Shown here in pieces: positions 60,585-64,000 of a stretch of DNA of 64,000 nt (its first letter is position 1; each line of letters begins with the position of its first letter). Origin of the DNA: Opitutia bacterium (GTDB taxonomy: Bacteria > Verrucomicrobiota > Verrucomicrobiia > Opitutales > Opitutaceae); the NCBI GenBank assembly GCA_947472765.1, contig CANJCM010000003.1, positions 29,612-93,611 on the forward strand. The letters run 5' to 3'. The position numbers and the translations under genes were made by a program. Below the pieces are notes generated by a model. It made no database searches. It was not told where the DNA came from and saw nothing but the letters and a program-made list of their open reading frames with translations.

Positions 60585-61254
60585 TCTGGAGGGGGCGGAA
60601 CGTGTAACCCACGCCGCGCACGGTTTCGATCCGGCGGTGGTCGGGATCGATCTTGGCGCGGAGCCGCGACATCACGACGTCCACGACGTTGGTCTGCGGG
60701 TCGAAACTGTAATCCCAGACGTGCTCGAGAATCATGGTCTTCGTCACCGGCCGGCCGGCGTGGCGCAGGAGAAATCCGAGCAGCGCGAATTCGCGGGGCT
60801 GCAACTCCACGGATTGCCCGGCGCAGCTCACCTCCCGCGTGACGAGATCGAGCGTGACGTCCCCGGCGACGAGCCGCGTCGTCTCCGGCGATTGCGTGGC
60901 CCGTCGGATCAGCGCCTGCACTCGCGCCACGAGTTCCGAAAAGGCGAACGGCTTCGTCAGGTAATCGTCGCCGCCGGCCTGCAGGCCCTTGATCCGATCG
61001 TCGACCGAACTGCGGGCGCTGAGAAACAGGACTGGCGTCGGCTTGCGCGCGGCCCGCATTCGCTTCACGAGGCTGATCCCATCGAGCTTCGGCAGCATCA
61101 CGTCCACGATCGCGGCGTCGTACTCGGTCGATTCCACGAGGGCGAGGCCGGTCTCGCCGTCGGCCGCATGGTCCACGGCATAGCCGGACTGCTTGAGTCC
61201 GCGGACCACGAAGGAGGCGATTTTGGCATCATCTTCGACGACGAGGACGCGCAT
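60577..61254 (-). CDS. OmpR/PhoB-family response regulator
   Basis: MRVLVVEDD receiver domain (DAAIVDVMLPKLDG, KP motif) and winged-helix output (LTLREFALLGFLLRHAGRPVT...VRGVGY). 8-nt overlap with the kinase gene. Confidence 0.93.
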   Translation of the reverse strand: MRVLVVEDDAKIASFVVRGLKQSGYAVDHAADGETGLALVESTEYDAAIVDVMLPKLDGISLVKRMRAARKPTPVLFLSARSSVDDRIKGLQAGGDDYLTKPFAFSELVARVQALIRRATQSPETTRLVAGDVTLDLVTREVSCAGQSVELQPREFALLGFLLRHAGRPVTKTMILEHVWDYSFDPQTNVVDVVMSRLRAKIDPDHRRIETVRGVGYTFRPLQNV

Positions 61255-61387
61255 GGCGGAAGTTGTCCGAGGCGGAGGGGGCGAGGCAAGTGCGGTCGGG
61301 AGGAGCGGCGGTCTGGGACGAAAACGGCCCCGGCCGCGTGAAGCGGACCGGGGCCGGTTAATATCGCTGCGGGGTTATGGTGGTCGG

Positions 61388-62908
61388 TTACGAGTTGGAC
61401 TTGCTGGTGCCGGACTCGTCCACGACCACGAAGATGGTGGTGCCCCGCGACCAAAGTCGGAGGAGGGTCTTCTTGCCTTCGGCCTTGGCGCTGAGCTCGA
61501 CGGCCTGCTCGGCGGAAGCGACGGGCTGCTTGTTCAATTCGAGGATCACGTCGCCCTCGCGGAGACCGGCCTTGGCGGCGGCGGATTCCGGAGCGACGCT
61601 CGTGATCACGGCGCCCTTGAGCCGGGCGGGCAGGTTGAGCTGGGTGCGCGTGTCGGCATCGAGATCGTTGACGGCGACGCCATTCAGCACGCCTTCATCG
61701 TCCTGGTCGTTCGAGGAGAACGCGTCCTTCGTCCGGTTGGAGCGGCTGTTCGGGCGCTCGCCGGTCTTGGCGGTGAGCTGCTGCTTCTTGCCGTCACGCA
61801 GAATGTCGAGGGTGACCTTGGAGCCGGGAGCGATCGAGCTCACGGCCATGGTCAGGTTGTTCGCATCGGCGACAGGCTGGCCGTTCACGGCGGTGACCAC
61901 GTCGCCTTCCTTCACGCCGGCCTTGTCGGCGGGGCCGCTGTTCACGACCTCGGCGACGATCGCACCTTTGTTGTCCTTCAGGTTGAACGATTCCGCGAGG
62001 GCGGGCGTGACGCTCTGGATGCCGAGGCCCAGGTAGCCGCGGACGACCTTGCCGTTCTTGACGAGGCCTTCCGTCACCTGGCCGACGAGATTGGCGGGCA
62101 CGGCGAGGCCCACGCCCTGGAAGCCGCCGTTGCGGCTCAGGATCGCGGTGTTGATGCCCACGAGCCGGCCATCGACGTCGACGAGCGCGCCGCCGGAATT
62201 GCCCGGATTGATGGCCGCATCGGTCTGGATGAAGTCTTCGTAGCCCTGCACATCGGCGAGGATGCCGACGCGGCGGCCCTTCGCGCTGACGATGCCGCTG
62301 GTGACGGTTTCGCCGATCCCGAATGGATTGCCGATCGCGAGCACGCGATCGCCGACCTCGATCTTCGAGGTGTCGGCGAAGGTGACGGCGGGCAGGTCCC
62401 TGGCGTCGACCTTGATGACGGCGAGGTCGGTCTGCGGGTCGCGGCCGACCACCTTGGCGGTGAACTCGCGCCCGTCGGTCAGCGCGACCGTGACGGTGTC
62501 GGCACCTTCGACGACGTGGTTGTTCGTGGCGATGTAGCCGTCGGCGCTGATGATCACGCCGGAGCCGAGGCCGGACTGCGGCCGGCTCTCGGGCATTTCG
62601 GGCATTCGTCCGCCGAAGAATTCGCGGAGCATGGGATTGTCCATCCCCTGCATGTCACCGCGCGACATTTTCTTCGCCTTGGTCTCGGTGGTGATCTTCA
62701 CGACGCTCGGGGCGACGCGCTTCACGACCTGGGAGAAGCTGGCGGCCTCGAGGTTGCCGCGATTCACGGGCTGGACGTCACGCTTGATGGCGACATCGGG
62801 TTTGGACTGGGCGGCCTGGACGCCGGCGAAGATGCCAGCGAGGGCAAGCGCTCCGGCCGCATAGTAGGCGCGGCGGCGAAAGAGGAGACGGTGAAAGAGT
62901 TGGTTCAT
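61388..62908 (-). CDS. htrA: HtrA/DegP-family periplasmic serine protease with two PDZ domains
   Basis: Catalytic triad context (ATNNHVV, DLAVIKV, GNSGGALV) and two PDZ-like segments. Confidence 0.93.
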   Translation of the reverse strand: MNQLFHRLLFRRRAYYAAGALALAGIFAGVQAAQSKPDVAIKRDVQPVNRGNLEAASFSQVVKRVAPSVVKITTETKAKKMSRGDMQGMDNPMLREFFGGRMPEMPESRPQSGLGSGVIISADGYIATNNHVVEGADTVTVALTDGREFTAKVVGRDPQTDLAVIKVDARDLPAVTFADTSKIEVGDRVLAIGNPFGIGETVTSGIVSAKGRRVGILADVQGYEDFIQTDAAINPGNSGGALVDVDGRLVGINTAILSRNGGFQGVGLAVPANLVGQVTEGLVKNGKVVRGYLGLGIQSVTPALAESFNLKDNKGAIVAEVVNSGPADKAGVKEGDVVTAVNGQPVADANNLTMAVSSIAPGSKVTLDILRDGKKQQLTAKTGERPNSRSNRTKDAFSSNDQDDEGVLNGVAVNDLDADTRTQLNLPARLKGAVITSVAPESAAAKAGLREGDVILELNKQPVASAEQAVELSAKAEGKKTLLRLWSRGTTIFVVVDESGTSKSNS

Positions 62909-63121
62909 GGTTGGAGTGGGTCTGTTGCGGAGGAAGATGCCACACCCAGGTCTCCCGCGGCTTTCGCGAGGATTACAGAACTGTAATCTTTGCGTTTCGC
63001 CGTTCTGCGAACGGCGAAACGCCAGGCCTCGGCGAGGCGGGCGCCCTTGGGGCGGACGTCGGAGCTTCCCCTCTCCGCGGGAACGAAGCGGGTGGAAGGC
63101 GAACGGACGGAGACCAATTCA

Positions 63122-63231
63122 GATGGAGCCTGAAGCCAGGAAGCCATGAACCAGCAGTGGCGCCAGCACCGTGGGAACGAAGGCCGCGGTTGAAGGGTAG
63201 GATCGATCCGATTCCTGGCTTCCCGGATTCG
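63122..63231. repeat. Family F repeat pair (direct copy plus partial inverted copy)
   Basis: GATGGAGCCTGAAGCCAGGAAGCCA (63122-63146) and TCCGATTCCTGGCTTCCCGGATTC (63209-63231). GAAGCCAGGAA/TTCCTGGCTTC are inverted. Confidence 0.55.
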
Positions 63232-63320
63232 GGCTCAATCCCGGCTCGCTCGAGCCAGTTGGAGGGATGGTCGGAGCCGCAGCGCCATCCAATGGGAGAC
63301 CGACCCAACCCGCGCTCTAC

Positions 63321-64000
63321 TTACCTCAATCGGGGCAGCGCGAGTTCGCGAACCCAGATATTCCGGAAAGCGAGCGGGTTGCTGTGATCCTGCAACTGCA
63401 GCGGCAGCTTGGCCGCGTGGGGCGCGTAGGCGGGGTAGCCCCGGTAAGTGGTCGCGCCCTTGATTTCGACGTCGTGCAGCACGAGCACGCCGTTGTGGAA
63501 GACGGTGACGCGGGCCGGGGTGTCGACGACTCCGGTTGGGCCGAAGCGCGGGGCGACAAAGACAATGTCGTAGCTCTGCCACTCGCCGGGTGGCCGCGAC
63601 GCGTTCACCAGCGGGATGTGCTGCTTGTAAACGGAGCCGGCCTGGCCGTTCACATACGTCGGGTTTTTGTAGGAATCGAGAATCTGCACTTCGTAGAGTC
63701 CCATCAGGAAAACCCCGCTGTTGCCGCGGCCCTGGCTGTCGCCCTTGACCTCGGCGGGCGTGCGAAACTCGAGGTGAACCTGGCTGTCGCCGAACGCCGC
63801 CTTCGATTGGATGTACCCGCTCTTCGGAGTCACGACGAGGTTTCCGCCCTCGAGAATCCAAGGCGCCGGGCCGCCCTTGACGGACTCCCAAGCGTCGAGG
63901 TTCTTCCCGTTGAACAGCACGATCGCATCAGAGGGAAGGCCGTTGGCCGGTGCCGAAACCACGGGAGGCACGGGCGTCCAAATCTCCGTCAGTTCCGGCG
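63321..64000 (-). CDS. DUF1080 (3-keto-disaccharide hydrolase-like) domain protein; 5' end outside window
   Basis: Frame is open to the right window edge (..PELTEIWTPVPPVV..). AIVLFNGKNLDAWES, VHLEFRTP, GNSGVFLMGLYEVQILDSY, PLQLQDHSNPLAFRNIWVREL. Confidence 0.88.
   Translation of the reverse strand, partial: PELTEIWTPVPPVVSAPANGLPSDAIVLFNGKNLDAWESVKGGPAPWILEGGNLVVTPKSGYIQSKAAFGDSQVHLEFRTPAEVKGDSQGRGNSGVFLMGLYEVQILDSYKNPTYVNGQAGSVYKQHIPLVNASRPPGEWQSYDIVFVAPRFGPTGVVDTPARVTVFHNGVLVLHDVEIKGATTYRGYPAYAPHAAKLPLQLQDHSNPLAFRNIWVRELALPRLR

Noticed and set aside
62909-63320. ORFs 62911-63387 (+) and 62973-63308 (-) in the htrA upstream gap.
   Set aside because: There is no homology, and they are built largely from family F repeats (the MEPEARKPG-type translation also appears at 51276). 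More likely non-coding.

Overview
GC-rich chromosomal segment. The gene content points to a PVC-group bacterium, probably Verrucomicrobiota and Opitutaceae-like. This is inferred from three two-gene modules typical of that group (large heme-c DUF1592-type or DUF1549/DUF1553 protein plus a TAT-exported DUF1552/DUF1501 protein), several DUF1080 genes and TAT-exported oxidoreductases. I support about 50 CDS and 3 tRNAs (Tyr-GTA, Cys-GCA, Phe-GAA). Housekeeping genes: gap-pgk-tpiA, radC, mfd, rnc, parA-like, ffh, der, an Lrp/aminotransferase pair, and an htrA plus OmpR-type two-component module. Accessory-looking content: hicAB, an orphan antitoxin-like gene, a degenerate NTase-fold/GNAT/MazG islet, an SNF2 helicase divergent from an ECF sigma/anti-sigma pair, and a YjhG-type xylonate dehydratase cluster. 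I found no rRNA, CRISPR array, integrase, transposase, prophage or recognisable canonical defence system. Three things stand out. (1) The intergenic repeat repertoire is dense and modular: at least nine families, including GTAG-headed REP doublets, MITE-like elements with terminal inverted repeats, and low-complexity word repeats that abut stop codons. One 72-bp palindromic element sits in frame inside mfd. (2) Paralogous DUF1592/DUF1552 pairs are each followed by a component related to periplasmic 3-keto-glycoside chemistry: a hitch-hiker TAT subunit plus GMC flavoprotein in one, DUF1080 in the other. This is my best candidate for an undescribed system, and it rests on gene context only. (3) Long inverted-repeat hairpins sit between co-transcribed genes, for example pgk-tpiA. 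Start codons were re-picked from the ORF track using N-terminal homology or signal peptides. Many long ORFs in the track are antisense or frame-fusion artefacts of high GC.
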